Of a DNA stretch of 64,000 nucleotides, positions 46,455 to 59,379 are shown in pieces (the stretch's first letter is position 1; every line of letters starts with the position of its first letter). The notes beneath the pieces were generated by a model. The model worked only from the letters and a program-made list of their open reading frames with translations. It was not told the origin of the DNA and did not search any database. Source of the stretch: Scyliorhinus canicula (lineage: Eukaryota); the NCBI RefSeq assembly GCF_902713615.1, contig NC_052151.1, positions 220,746,863 through 220,810,862 on the forward strand, written 5' to 3'. Made by a program: the position numbers and the translations under genes.

Positions 46455-49400
46455 GGATAAAGTCTCTAAATTGGAGATATTTAAACAATTAGTATCGCTG
46501 AATATCAAATTATTGCCATGGCATAAATGACGAGGAAGCGCCGCGGAACATATCTCCCAGGTCACAAATACCTCTATCTCTCTTGATATTGATTCCATTG
46601 TCCAGCAAGCTGGTTGGAAACCTGCGTTGTCCTAAATAGGAGAGAGAGTACACGTTAATTTTGACTTCCCTTCCAGGTGACGGACTATCTTCCTCGTTCT
46701 AAGTGTTGATGATGATAGGATTCTCACACAGACCAATACTTGAAATCCGTGTAACACAACGGGGCCTGTGAGGAGTACACAGATTGGCCTGATTCAATGT
46801 CGAGCCAAATGGAGGAGGGGACCCTTCTGTCCCAATCTCTCAGAAACCTCAGCAGTGCAACAAATTGATACATGTTAATATCCGACGCCCTCTCTGGAAA
46901 TGGGCAGCAGCCTTTTGGCTAGTTTGAAAGGAGGATGTTTGTTGTTCCATATAAAGGATCTAAGGATCCCGTACAATTCCTTTAGGACCTAAGCAGAAAG
47001 CAAGATTGGCAGCGTCTGTGAGGGATACAGTAACAGGGCAGCACATCCCCCTTAACCAACGTTATTTTGCCCAACCACTAAATCGGCAAGAATGACCAAC
47101 GTAGAGGTACAACCTAGATCCAATTAACGTGTGTGGGGGGGGGGGGGGGTGGATTTCCCCTTTTAAATGTTTAAAGGGGGTAACCATTATACTAAGAGAG
47201 GTGAACCCCGAAAGGGACAACTTAATAATAATAATGTTCATTGTAACATGTAGGCCTACATTAACACTGCAATGAAGTCACTGTGAAAAGGCCCTAGTCA
47301 CCATACTCCGGCGCCTGTTCAGGTACACAGAGGGAGAATTCCGAATGTCCAATTCACCTAACACACGTTTTGTGTACTTGTTTGACGCACGCGGGAATCT
47401 AACCTTGGAGCCTGAGGCTGTGAAGCAATAGAGCTAACCACTGTGCTACCGTGCTGCACTTGAATGAGCATTAGGAAAGGAGAGAGGTCGCTCTCTGAGT
47501 CTATCCAATGTTGTAGTTTCAAACTTTGTTGAATTAATTCTGTTGCCAGAAAAAGGCTAAATCTATCCATCACTTAGTAGCAGGATCAGAAACGTCCGTC
47601 TTAGACACAAAGAGCAACACGTTGTCTGCGTAGAGCGCGGTCTTCTTCCGCTTCCCTTCATTATGTAGCCCAGAAACCAAAGGGTCCTGTCTTATTGTGT
47701 CTGCCAGAGGTTCTATGATTATTGCAGACAATAACGGAGAAAATCAGCCCCCCTGTCCAGTCCCTCGTTGGAGACACAAATTGTCTGACCCATAACCATC
47801 GTAAGCACAGCCGCTCGAGGGGTTTTGTAAAGTCCCCCTGTCCACTTGACATACTGCCCTTTAGAAGTCAGGTATTTCTAATAAACCTAATATAGGCAAA
47901 AGAAAGCTGTTGAAGCGTAAATATTAAGCCCCAGTTTTAAATTAAGGATTAAAAACACATATTCTGCAAATTAATTTAATCATTTTCCCCAACAGAACTT
48001 TTAGGTACATAGTTTTAAAGTAACACGGAAGTCTGATAAGACAAACACTTTTCACTACATTTCCCCAAGGACAAGGGCTGAATCCATGGCAACGAGCTGA
48101 CAAGAGCACAGTAACTTAAAAGCTCTATTGTTCTCATTTCGGGCCATTAGTGATTACAGCCTGAATCACATTCTATAACTTATACATGTTGAAACATTCT
48201 ATACTATGCTGGCTTGTTTTTAATAAATGTACAGTTAGAACATTGAATCAAATATATTTGATTCCGACATTCTCATAACATAACAATTTCATAGAAGCAG
48301 CATAATTCACTTTACTAGATTAAAACAGACAGTTTGATTTACATTTTTCAAGTCATTGCCCAGAATTACATGACAAGATAACATGAAGTCTCCATTGTTA
48401 CAATAGCCAAGTCATCAGAAAACCAGTTTCTACTAGCTTTGATAAAGCACAATATCGCATTCTGTAACACATACAAGTATGTAGAGACGCAACAATTAGA
48501 AGTAATGTTACATATTAAAGATGGACAGCTTGCCGCCAAATCAGATGTATTTGAGTCTAACGCAAACCAATTAGGATTATATTGGGGTGTGATCCGATGG
48601 CTTAAGACAGATATGAAGCAGTATAACTGAAGAGTTTCGTTCCGCCATTTTTTGGGTAGGTCGATAGGTTAGTTTTGGGTAGGTGGGTTGGTTAGTTGGT
48701 TAGTGGTGTTAGTTTGAAGCTGAGGATTAGCTGGATTTCTCTCTCACTTTTTCTTGAATCATCTATACTTTGATCTGAACTATTCACTGTCTCCCTGTAT
48801 TCATATTTCATTTTCAGACTTCAATTTTAAAGTTACTGTCGAGCTGCTTGCCGAAGCAAGAAGATAATTTCTGTGATTCTCTGAAAGTTTTAAATTGTCT
48901 ACTAATTGGCTTTAAAATCACTTTCAAATTGTAATCAATAGAAGACAAATAATACAATTCTTTTCTGCACCTGAGAAGTTTTAACTTACATTTCTACTGA
49001 GTTCCAGTAATCGCAAAGTGCTGCTGGTAACCGAATTGTTTAAATCAATCAACCGTAAGCACAGCCGATCGAGGGGTCTCATAAAGTCCTCCTGTCCACT
49101 TCACATACTTCCCTCCCAACACAAACTTTTACAGAGTACAGAATGAATGCTTCCACTCTCCCTGGTCTAAAGCTTTCTCTGTATCTCAGGAGATCATTAA
49201 CCCTTTCAACACCCTTCTATAAAAGACCTGAATAACATTCATTACTCTCTCAATACTGTTACACAAATTGTTACACCCTTTATGAACCCAGTCTGATCGA
49301 ACGTGATGGTCAGCGGGAGAACGCCTTCCAGGCTCCACGTTAATCCTTTCGAAAACATCTTCATATCTACATTCAGGAGTGAATTGGCCGACAGGAGTCG

Positions 49401-50984
49401 AACTATTCAGGATTATTCCAGCCTTCAGGAATAAGGGAATATTCGCTTCCCGGAGCGACTACGGCAGCAGACCTGCTTCAAATGAGTGACGAAACACGAC
49501 AATCAGTGGATCCATTAGCAAGTCATTAAATTCCTGTAAAACTCACAGCCAAAAGCAGCAAGTTGGGGCCTGAACAGATTGAAGCTCCTTCAATGACAGC
49601 CACTTCCCCTTTAGAAATAGCAGGATTTAGGTTCAGCCTTTGGTCCTCGGAGATCTCTGGGAGCTTGAGAGACGAGAATAAGCTTTCACTCAGTGTCAGT
49701 GCATCCCCAGACTGGTCTGGTTTAGATAAACTGGGAAAAAACGATGTTGATATCCTCAGTGTTGATCAGTCTATTCCCGTTGGAATCTATAACGGGGGAA
49801 TAGCCCGAAAGTCCATCTTCTTCAAAGTCAAAAAGGGCAGGAACCGACATGGTTTGATTGCAAATTCAGATAATTTCTGATTGGCAAACTTTAATCTGCT
49901 CACATCCAGCTTAGTCAGCAAGGGCTCCAGTGCAGCTCCAGTTATTTCCATCAACAACACGCGGTTGGGCCTCCTGCCATTCTCCCTGTCTGCTGAAGCT
50001 CATTTCACTATCAGCTGGCAAAGCTGCTCCGGCACACAACACCTTTTGTTGGCCGTGTTTGAAGTGACTCACGCCCAGCATAAACCTTGCCAGTTACCCC
50101 CAGGATCGAAAGGCAAACATCAGAGATAGAATTGACTTGGAAAAAGCGGCCAAATTATATCTTAAAATATAATGTGAAACAATTATGTCTGAGCAGAGAG
50201 TGCTGAATCTTCACGACCCTGATCGGGATGGATGGAGGCCCTCACGTAAAAGCTGTATAAAAACAGGTGCATGATCGGAAACCTCTATCCAGTCTATGGA
50301 GCAGGACTGCAGGATTGATCTGGACATGAAGAAATAGTCAGTTGTAGTATGACATTGAATGGGAGCAGAAAAAAATGTGACTTCTTTATCCTAAGGATGT
50401 TGTGTTGTCCACACCTCTGAGTGCCTCACATCCTCACAATCAACGCTCCCACCCCTGACTGTCGGATGGTGGAGAGGCTGTGTGGGGAAGGGGTTTGGTT
50501 ACTGGAAGTTTGTGCTTCAATGGGTTAACGTGACAATTGAAGTGTCCACCTATCAAGGAATTAGCCGAGGCCAGGCCAGCAAAGTGCATGAAGACTGAGT
50601 AACACAATCAGGGGCATTGTTAAGACGGCCATATACATTCATTATTGACCCAACCTCCCCTATTGAAAAGCGCTTGACAATCACATACCAAACACGCCTT
50701 CTCGTTCACAACTTCTCTATTTTGAAAGGCTCATTTGTGATGACTGATTCCCAATACTGGTCGGGAAAGAAGCAAAGTAAAACCTGCCCCGTGCAGTCAC
50801 ACCTGAACGATAAGTCTTTCTTGTTACCCAAATGAGTTTCCTGAAACACAACTTTGTCAAATTGCTCTTGTATGAAGAAATGACAAAACCTAATTCCTCT
50901 GAACAGGACGATGTAGTCCCCATACATTCCAGGAGCATATTTGTAATGTTGCTATTGTCATTTTTGAATCAGCAGAGAGAATAC

Positions 50985-51330
50985 ATAGAATTTACAATGC
51001 AGAAGGAGGCCATTCGGCCCATCGAGTCAGCATTGGCTCTTGGAAAGAGCACCCCACCTCCAAGGTCAACACCTCCACCCCATCCCCATAACCCAGTAAT
51101 CCCACCTAACACAAAGCACAATTTTGGACACGAATGGCAATTTATCATGGACAATGCACCTAACCTGCACATCTTTGGACTGTGGGAGGAAACCGGAGCA
51201 TCCGGAGGAAACCCAGGCACACACGGGGAGGATGTGCAGACTCCGCACAGGCAGTGACCCAAGCCGGAATCGAACCTGGGACACTAGAGCTGTGAAGCAA
51301 TTATGCTATCCACAATGCTAACGTGCTGCC
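50985..51330 (-). mobile_element. HE1/V-SINE copy
   Basis: Near-identical to 11017-11355. Confidence 0.85.
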
Positions 51331-51789
51331 CACAAATAGAAGGAAGGAAATAGAATTGAAGGAAGGATTTGGTGCCACGTTCTAGTGTGCACCGAAACAC
51401 TCCTCCCCTTTTCCAGTCAAATCAGAGGCACCATAGATACAATATAACCTATTTGTACAGAATGAGACACCTGGCCTATAGCTCTTGGGGCTAAAGGAAT
51501 CTAGGGGCAAGGGAAAGGCTGGATCAGGGTTTGGAACTGATGATCAGCTGTGACCACAAGGAATGACAGAACAAGCTCAAAGGGCCGAATGACCTCCTCC
51601 TGTTTCTATTTCCTATGCATGTTTCTATGTATAAAGAGGTGGAATCTGGACCCTATGTTGCTCTGAGCCGAGGAGAGATTGAGGCAGATTGAAAATTCTG
51701 TCTCATTCTGGACACGACATTGAGAAACAATGCGAGGGTTTTAGAAACAGTGTCGAAATTGATGCAGATAAATGTCCTTTGCCAGATGA

Positions 51790-52150
51790 CCTTCTGTTAC
51801 GTGGAGGGATAAGATAAGGTGGGATTGTTATCCTTGGAGAAGGGAAAGTTGTGGGAAAATTTGACAGAGGTTTTCAGAATAGAGACGGGTGTTAACGGGA
51901 TAAAGAGATATTCACCAAGGCAGACATGTCGAGAACCAAAGGACATAGGTTTGATGTGACTGGAGATAGAATCAGCGGCTGAATGAGAAAACACAGTTTA
52001 ACAGGGCACTTTGTTAGGATCTGAAATGTGCAGTCGTAGAGTGTGGCGAAGCCAGATTCAAATCAGAAGCAAATTGAATAAGTAACTGGAGAGGCGATTC
52101 GCAGTACAATGACGAGGCGACGGGGAATTGAGATTAGCTGAGCTGATCTT
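51790..52150 (+). mobile_element. CR1-type LINE 3' fragment, decayed
   Basis: gggattgttatccttggagaaggga..gaggttttcagaat..gtcgagaaccaaaggacatagg. Confidence 0.55.
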
Positions 52151-52671
52151 GCAGGGAGCCGCCGCTGTACAGAAACCCCAAATGTTCAACTGCAGATTTA
52201 TAAACATTCTGTGATATTTTCATTCAATTAATTATTAAATCGAATTGCCCCAGCGACATAGAACAGTCACATTCCAGAGTACAGAAGGAACATTTAATTT
52301 CTGAATGGTCAGTCAGAGTGAATGTCATCTCTGAAACGATATGAGACCACGGGACATTTCTACCGCTGTTTAACACAGCTTCCAATTATAATTTATGATT
52401 TAATGTAATCATACTTGAGCAGTTTATGAGGTAGGTTGTTGTTTAATTAAGTCTCAGAGCCTCGCCCATTCACAGCTGGGAATTAACGCAGGTATCGTAT
52501 TTGTTTGAATCAAGTTTTTTAAAAGCAACAATTTGAACAATATTGCAACGTCACTATCTCCTTGGAGAATCTCGAATGTATAAAATTAGTGCTGAGGGAA
52601 TGTATCACCTTACATCTTACTTCAGAGACATTGTCTGCTGGGTCAAGGAACAGATTCACTTCACACAGAAA

Positions 52672-54385
52672 ATGCATCAACCCATTCAATGGGTCAGGAA
52701 AATATTCTATATGAGTCTTGCCATAGTTGGTGTTCCTGGTAAGTGTCTAAAGTCCATTATCCTGAGTAAATTGGTGCGTAAGATTGTTTGTGGTATTATT
52801 CTGCGAATGACATGCTAAATTTGATCAAATTATTATTTTATACATTCGCCCCTACAGTAAACTGCATTTATGATATTTCCTGAATGATCTCTGCAAATAT
52901 ATACTGCATGCATTTACCACCACAATGGCTCTCTGTGAGAAAGTTGTTGCATTCAGCACAATGTGATATCCTGTTGAATCATACCTCAAACCAGGAAACT
53001 TGGCGTTTTCAAGTTTTTCTCTTAACCTAATGTATACAGAATGAGTGTGATTAACTGGAGCAGACTACCTGAGCCCAGTGACCATGTGTTAGTATTTCTG
53101 ATTCTAAAGGTGCACTCAGTGTGGGTTATTAACTGGAGTCAAGACCCGGCTGCAGTGACATGCATTTCCTGGACGTTCTGGCATTGTACAACTGTATTCA
53201 GTGTGGTGAATCTTCTCACTCTTATTCCAAGTAGAGATAATGACAGAACTTTATGGTACTGATTAATCGCCTTCTCCAAGGATAGTCCTGATAATGGTTT
53301 GGTTACGAATGTTTGGTTGCGGGGGAAATTGGAAATTGTGTTTTGGATGGTAGCTGAGGTAATGGTTGAGATTGATTAACCTCTGAGCCAACCCTAACCC
53401 ACAATTTATTGATGTTAAATTCAATGCAGCCTATGCTCACAAATGGAGAATTACTGTCAGTAATTTCCAACTATTTTTCCTTCTTCGTCGTTCAGTTAAC
53501 GGAGTGGCAATCGTGACCCTGTCCCTTGGAAACTGCGGCCTCTCCACATGCACCACTCGATACCTGGTGGTAATGTCAACGGCGGATCTACTGGTCATTA
53601 TTACTGACGTTATTACCAGTCGAATCAATGATTATTATTTCCAGCTAACTTTCGTGCAGATGACACCTGTGTGCAGTGTTCAATATGTTCTTATCCGTGC
53701 AGCCCTAGATTGTTCTGTTTGGTTCACCATCGCTTTCACTTTTGATCGATTTGTTGCCATTTGTTGGCAGAAACTGAAATATAAATATTGCACCAAGAAA
53801 ACTGCGGCCGTGGTTCTCGCAACAGCCGGGATTTTGCTCTGTTTAAAGAACATTCCCATGTATTTTAGATTTGAACCTGGGAATATCATCGACAATGTAC
53901 CAATGTACTGTTCTAATAAGCAAAGTTATTTTACTGACCCGAGATGGATTGGATTTAGAATGTTTGAAAAGGCTTTAACCCCATTGATACCATTCGGGTT
54001 AATTCTGTTGCTTAACGCTCTGACAGTCAGACACATTTTAGTGACCAGTCGAGTCCGTAAGGAACTGAGGGGCAAGAGCAAGGGAGATAATCAGAGTGAC
54101 CCAGAGATGGAGAGCAGAAGGAAGTCTATTGTCTTACTCTTCAGCATATCCGGCAGCTTCATACTCCTGTGGTTGGTGTACCTTTTGTATTTCTTTGGTG
54201 CTGCAGATGGATTAGATGATGATTCTTTTTTTATCTTTGAAAAAATTGCATATATGCTGCGGGATTTAAGTTGCTGCACAAACACATTTATTTATGTGGT
54301 GACTCAGTCCCAATTCAGAGACCAGTTAAAGAGCGCGGTGAATTATCCAGTTACATTAATTATTAATTTGATTAATAAACGATAA
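52672..54385 (+). CDS. GPR139-like orphan class A GPCR, copy 2 (318 aa). Exon 1 52672-52738, exon 2 53496-54385
   Basis: MHQPIQWVRKIFYMSLAIVGVP + G|gtaag, ttcag|TT NGVAIVTLSLGNCGLSTCTTRYLVVMSTADLLV; DRF and NTFIY motifs; exon sizes identical to copy 1 (67+890 nt). Confidence 0.9.
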
Positions 54386-54559
54386 CATTGAAAGCAGTTC
54401 AATGATCCAATCTACAGAGCAGGAGGGGACCGCTGCAGGAACGAAAATAGGGCCAGGAGGATTCTGAAACCTCAAAGAACCATTAACACAGATACGTCGT
54501 CCATCCCTGCATCCAACTATTTTCCGGAATATTTTCCGAATTTACTGACACTGAACTTG

Positions 54560-55680
54560 AATATTGCTGAAAATAGAGAAATGTCGAGGTTTCCCGTCTT
54601 ACTGTCGTCAGGATAGTTCAATAGATTACCAAATGATGAGGAAAGCCACTCCACATTTGTGGAAAAATAAGGCTCAGGCATTCGCAATAATCTTCAGCCG
54701 GAAGTGCCGAGTGGATGATCCATCTAGGTCACCTCCAGAGGTCCCCAGCATCACGATGTCGGTCTTCAGCCATTACGATTCACTCCACGTGATATCAAGA
54801 AACGGCCAAAGGAACTGGATACTGGAAAGGCTGTGGACACTCACAATATTCCGACAATAGTACTGAAGTCTTGTGCTCCAGAATTTGCTTCACCCCTTGC
54901 CAAGCTGTTGCAGTACAGCTACAACACTGGCATCTAACCAGAAATATAGTACCTAGCCCAGGTGTGTCCTGTACACATGAAGCAGGAAAAATCCAACCCA
55001 GCCAATTACCGTCCTATCAGTATACTCTCCACCATCAGAAAAGAAGTTGAAGACGTTATTAACCGTGTTATCACGCAGCACTTAAGTGGCAATAACCTTC
55101 TCACCGACTCTCAGTTTTGGTTCCGCCAAGGTCACTTAGCTCCTGACGTCATTACAGCCTTGGGTCAAACATGGACAAAGGAATTGACCGCCAGAGGTGA
55201 GCTGGGTGTCTGCCTTTGACATTATCGCAGTGTTTGTTCGAGAAGAGCACAAAGGAGGCCTAGCAAAACTGGAGTCAATGAGAATCGGAGGGAAACCTCT
55301 CGACTGGTAGGAGTCATCTGTAATATAAAGGAAAATGGTTCTTGTTGTTGAGGGTCAATCATCCCAGCTCCGGGACTTCACTGCAGGAGTTCCTCAGGGT
55401 CGTATCCTCTGCCCAACCATCTTCAGCTGCTTCATCCATGACCTACCTTCCATAATAAGGTCTGAAGTGCGATGTTTTCTGATGACTGCAGTGTTCAGCA
55501 TCATTCGTTGCTCCTCAGACACTGAAGAAGTCCACGTGCAAACCGAGAGAATATCCAGATTTGGGCTGACAAGTGGTAAATAATATTCGTCCCACAGAGA
55601 TGCCAGGCAATGAGCACCTTCAATAAGAGAGAAGCAAACCATCGCCTTTAGCATACAATGGCAACAAGCCGAGATATCCT
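54560..55680 (+). mobile_element. CR1/L2-group LINE RT fragment, decayed
   Basis: KSNPANYRPISILS, NNLLTDSQFWFR, AGVPQG.ILCPTIFSCFIHDL motifs. Confidence 0.75.
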
Positions 55681-56442
55681 TGATGACTTTTTAATGATAT
55701 TCGCAGTCATCATCAGCGAGATCAGAGTCTGATCGAAGATCAGGTTACGACATTGAGGACTTAATTCCGCCCCAGTTGCATTCGACCGCTCCCCTTTAAT
55801 CAACGATTTTCATAGGATTCCTCGACATTTTTTTTTCACCACCACTTAGCCAGAATCTTCTCGGACATTACTATGGAGTGTTGACTCGTGAATTAGGGCC
55901 ACGTGAACAGGAGGAATGAGAGGATTAAAGGATGAATAACACCACAGTTCACGGAAATGCTGCTCTTCCCGCGCCTGCATAACGTAATCCCCGCGGATGC
56001 TTATTTTGAAAAACAAGTCTAAAACACCTCCTCCCCGACACGTGTTGAGAGAAATTCAGTGCCCATTCTCGGTCCCTCTCCTATCTGTAACAAAATAAAT
56101 TAAAGTGTTTCAAGTTATAACGTAACAGTTTCATGTGCACCATGGCAGCGTGAATATTATTTTATCTCATGCGTGACGACTAAAATATTTCATTTGCTAA
56201 GTCACGAAAATTAATATTTTGTTGTTTTAAGCCTCAATGGTATAGATACATGTATGGGTGGCACGATAGGGCAGGGTGACAGATATAGCGGGAGTGGAGA
56301 GTGGCCGAAGCAGGCTGTTCTTTCGGAGCGTCAATGCAGATTCGATGGGCCGAATGGCCTACTTCTGCACTGCAGGAATTCTGTGGTTATATGGGTTCTA
56401 AAAGGATGTTGACATTTTTACAGTGCAAATTTTCTTTTCTTG

Positions 56443-56790
56443 TGGGCAGCACGGTGCCATTGTGACTAGCACAATCGCTTCACAGCTCCAGGATCCCAGG
56501 TTCGATGCTGGCTTGGATCACTGTCTGTGCGAAGTCTGCACATCCTCCCCGTGTGTGCGTGGGTTTCCTCCGGGTGCTCCGGTTTCCTCCCACATTCAAA
56601 AGGTGTGCAAGTTAGGTGGATTGGACATGATAAATTGCCCTTAGTGTCCAAAATTGCCCTTAGTGTTGGGTGGGGTTACTGGGTTGTGGGGATAGGGTGG
56701 AGGTGTTAACCTTGGGTATGGTGCTCTTTCCAGGAGTCGGTGCAGACTCGATGGGCCGAATGGCCTCCTTCTGCACTGTAAATTCTATGA
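56443..56790 (+). mobile_element. HE1/V-SINE copy
   Basis: Full head, V-domain and tail; near-identical to 2947-3300. Confidence 0.85.
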
Positions 56791-56999
56791 TCTATGGTCT
56801 AAATATTTCACTTCAAACTAGTATGTTAAAGTAGCACAGCTCAATATTTGTGCCTTGTTCAATATTCTTTCATCAATGCCAATAATAAAGCTTGACAATC
56901 AATAACGAAGGTAACTACTATAATTTCGCTGATTGTTCACAGTCGTTACATTGATGTTGGTGCACATTTCAAAATGCATTCCACAAAAGGATGGCAAAA

Positions 57000-57615
57000 T
57001 TGGAAGAAGCATTGTGTGTAATGACTGGAGATGGCTGTAGTAATAGGGAGGTTTGTATAGACTGGAGGAGGTTACAGAGGTAGGGAGGATGATAGGGGCT
57101 GGAGGTGGTTGCAGATATAGGGAGTTTTGGAAGAACTCAAGGAGTTACAGAGATGGGGGTGGTTGTAGCGACTGGAAGTGGTTACAGCGATAGGGTATGT
57201 TGTACAGATTGGAAATGGTGACAGAGATAGAGAGGGTTGTATAGAGTCAGATGGTGACAGAGATTGGGTGGGTTGTACAGAGTGGAGATGGTGACAGAGA
57301 TAGTGGTACAGTGGAGATAGTGACAGAGAATGAGAGGGTTGTACAGAGTGGAGAGGGTGACAGATAGGGAGGGTTGGAAAGAGTGATGGTGACAGAGATA
57401 GGGAGGGTTGTATATAGTGGAGATGGTGACAGAGATTGGGAGGGTTGTACAGAGTCAGAGATGGTGACAGAGATAGGGAGGGTTGTAGGGGCTGGAGGAG
57501 GTTACAGAGATAGAGTGGGCTGCAGGATTTGGAGGATATTTCAGAGATAGGGAGTGTTGCGGGTGTTAGAGCAGATTTCAGGGATAGGGAGTGCTGTAAG
57601 AACTGGAGGAGGTTC
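57000..57615. repeat. Degenerate purine-rich minisatellite (~37-39 bp)
   Basis: Repeated gagatggtgacagagatagggagggttgtacagagtg-like units. Confidence 0.8.
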
Positions 57616-57789
57616 ATAAAATCATAGAACGACTAAAGTGCAGAAGGAAGCCATTCGGCCCATTGACTCTGCACAGACCCCCCCGAAAGTGCACCCAAAC
57701 CCCCACTCTATTCCCGTAACGCCACCTAACCGTTGGGCACCAAGGGGCAATTTAGTATCGCCAATCCAACTAACCGGGAACGGGGAGAC

Positions 57790-59300
57790 ACTGCGGCCAG
57801 TGACTGTGCGGATGCACAATCTTTTGGAGAAGGAAATGATCCTGCGATGGCCCAGGGAGAAGTGAGACTGAATGAGAGGGGAACTAGGTTTGCAGAAACT
57901 AAGATATCGGTGTGGATCTGGCAAAGAGGCGTGAAGCTTTCAACAGGACCAAGGCGATTTTATTCCAAAAGAAAATTCTCTTCCGCGTTTTTTCCCCAGC
58001 GAAACTGTGGATCACATGTGAAGGCCAGGAATACTAAATTTAACCGCCAGAAGAGGCGGATTACTTCAGAGAACATATACTGGGGGAGAACTGAGAGTTT
58101 GTGTAAGATGGAGGAGCTGTACCTGTAATTGTTGGAGGGTATAGTTGTTGTTTGTTGTCGGAAGGTTGTGTGGGTCCTTGTGGTCTTGGTTGTTGATTGA
58201 ACAAAGAACAATACAGTGAGTTGTGGTAAAGAACAATACAGAAAGGAGGGTGGGAGGGGGATGGTGAGGTGCAGAGGCTGGAAAGGATTGGCGATCAGCA
58301 AAATGTGGAAAAGATGGACATTAAACATGATCATGGAGCAAGAGGGGGGCCATCTTGGATGGGCCAGATAAAGGGCGATATTAGAAAAGGCAGTGCCAGA
58401 AGGGGGTAGTGGCGGATGATAGAGGGGAATGGAGGCGTAGAATCCAGATAAGGTTTGTAACATGGAATGTTCGGGGGCTAGATGGGCTGATTGAAAGATT
58501 TCGGGCCTTTGCAAACTTGATGAATTTGAAAGCTGGGGTGATGTTCGCATAGGAGACGTTCCTGCGATTGAAGGACCAGATCAGGCTGAGGAAGCGATGG
58601 GTGGGACAACTATTCCACGGGGGGGGAGGGGGGGGGGGAGGGGGGGAGGGGGGGGGGTGTTGACTCGAAGTCGCAGTGATTGTCCATTTTGCTGAATAAT
58701 AAAATGCGGTTTGTGAGAGCTATGGAGGTTCGTGGCTTGGGGGACATCCTGGAGAATATGGGCAGGGTCATGGGACCTCGTTTGGTGTAATTTGTGCAGT
58801 GGGGAGAGCGCGATACTTCCAGTGAACGCAGCGGGGTTCAGACCCAACTTCGGAGTGCGAAATTTTGAGGTGGAGCTTAGATATTTGGAGATCCAGGTGA
58901 CGAGGGAATGGCCTCAGAGGCGTAAGTGAGAGAGGTCAGTTACCGTGGGAGGGGACAAGGGTGGGGAAAAGGATATGGTGGTGTAACAGTATTAAAGTAA
59001 TTGGTGGAAGAATTAGACGGGACACTAGGGAGTTTTTACACAGAGGGTGTGGTAGGTGTGCAAAATGTGTTGCTGAAATTGATGGTGGAGGCAGAATCCC
59101 CTCGGCTCATTCGACCAGCATCCGGATCTGCAGCTAAAGCGCTGTAACCGGCAGAAAATGGCTCTGGACCGGGTTGCTGGTGGGCTGTTGGTCTATAATT
59201 CCCAAACCAGCAGTGTAGTTGTGCTGGGCTAAATGGCCTCATTCTGTGCAATAACTTATGTATGCTTTCTGATGTGCTGTAACTGGGCAGGAAGGATATG
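57790..59300 (+). mobile_element. Decayed relative of the intact L1 (ORF1 C-terminus, spacer, ORF2 endonuclease)
   Basis: RPVTVRMHNLLEKEMILRWPREK parallels RAVIARLHRYRDRETILRWAKE; RFVTWNVRGLDG and ETFLRLKDQIRLRKRWVGQ parallel the start of ORF2. Confidence 0.7.
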
Positions 59301-59379
59301 TCGGTGGTAATAAAAATAAGAGGGGAGAGGTGGCAAAATGTTGAGATAAAGGTGAGATTTTCCTGAAACTCTGCTGAAA

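Larger units (their letters stand above)
40420..50960 (-). mobile_element. Old L1 ORF2 relic on the minus strand, interrupted by the Gypsy provirus, SINEs and a 1.2-kb insert
   Basis: Blocks 40700-40956, 46455-47860 and 49050-50130 are collinear with the 62-64 kb copy; LKLPEISEDQRLNLNPAISKGEV and VVFQETHL motifs on minus. Confidence 0.6.

Noticed and set aside
55680-56250. CpG-containing unique-looking stretch as a possible promoter or exon
   Set aside because: No ORF, splice pattern or recognisable motif cluster that I could support
57072-57617. 181-aa Ser/Leu/Pro/His-rich ORF
   Set aside because: Antisense translation of the purine-rich minisatellite
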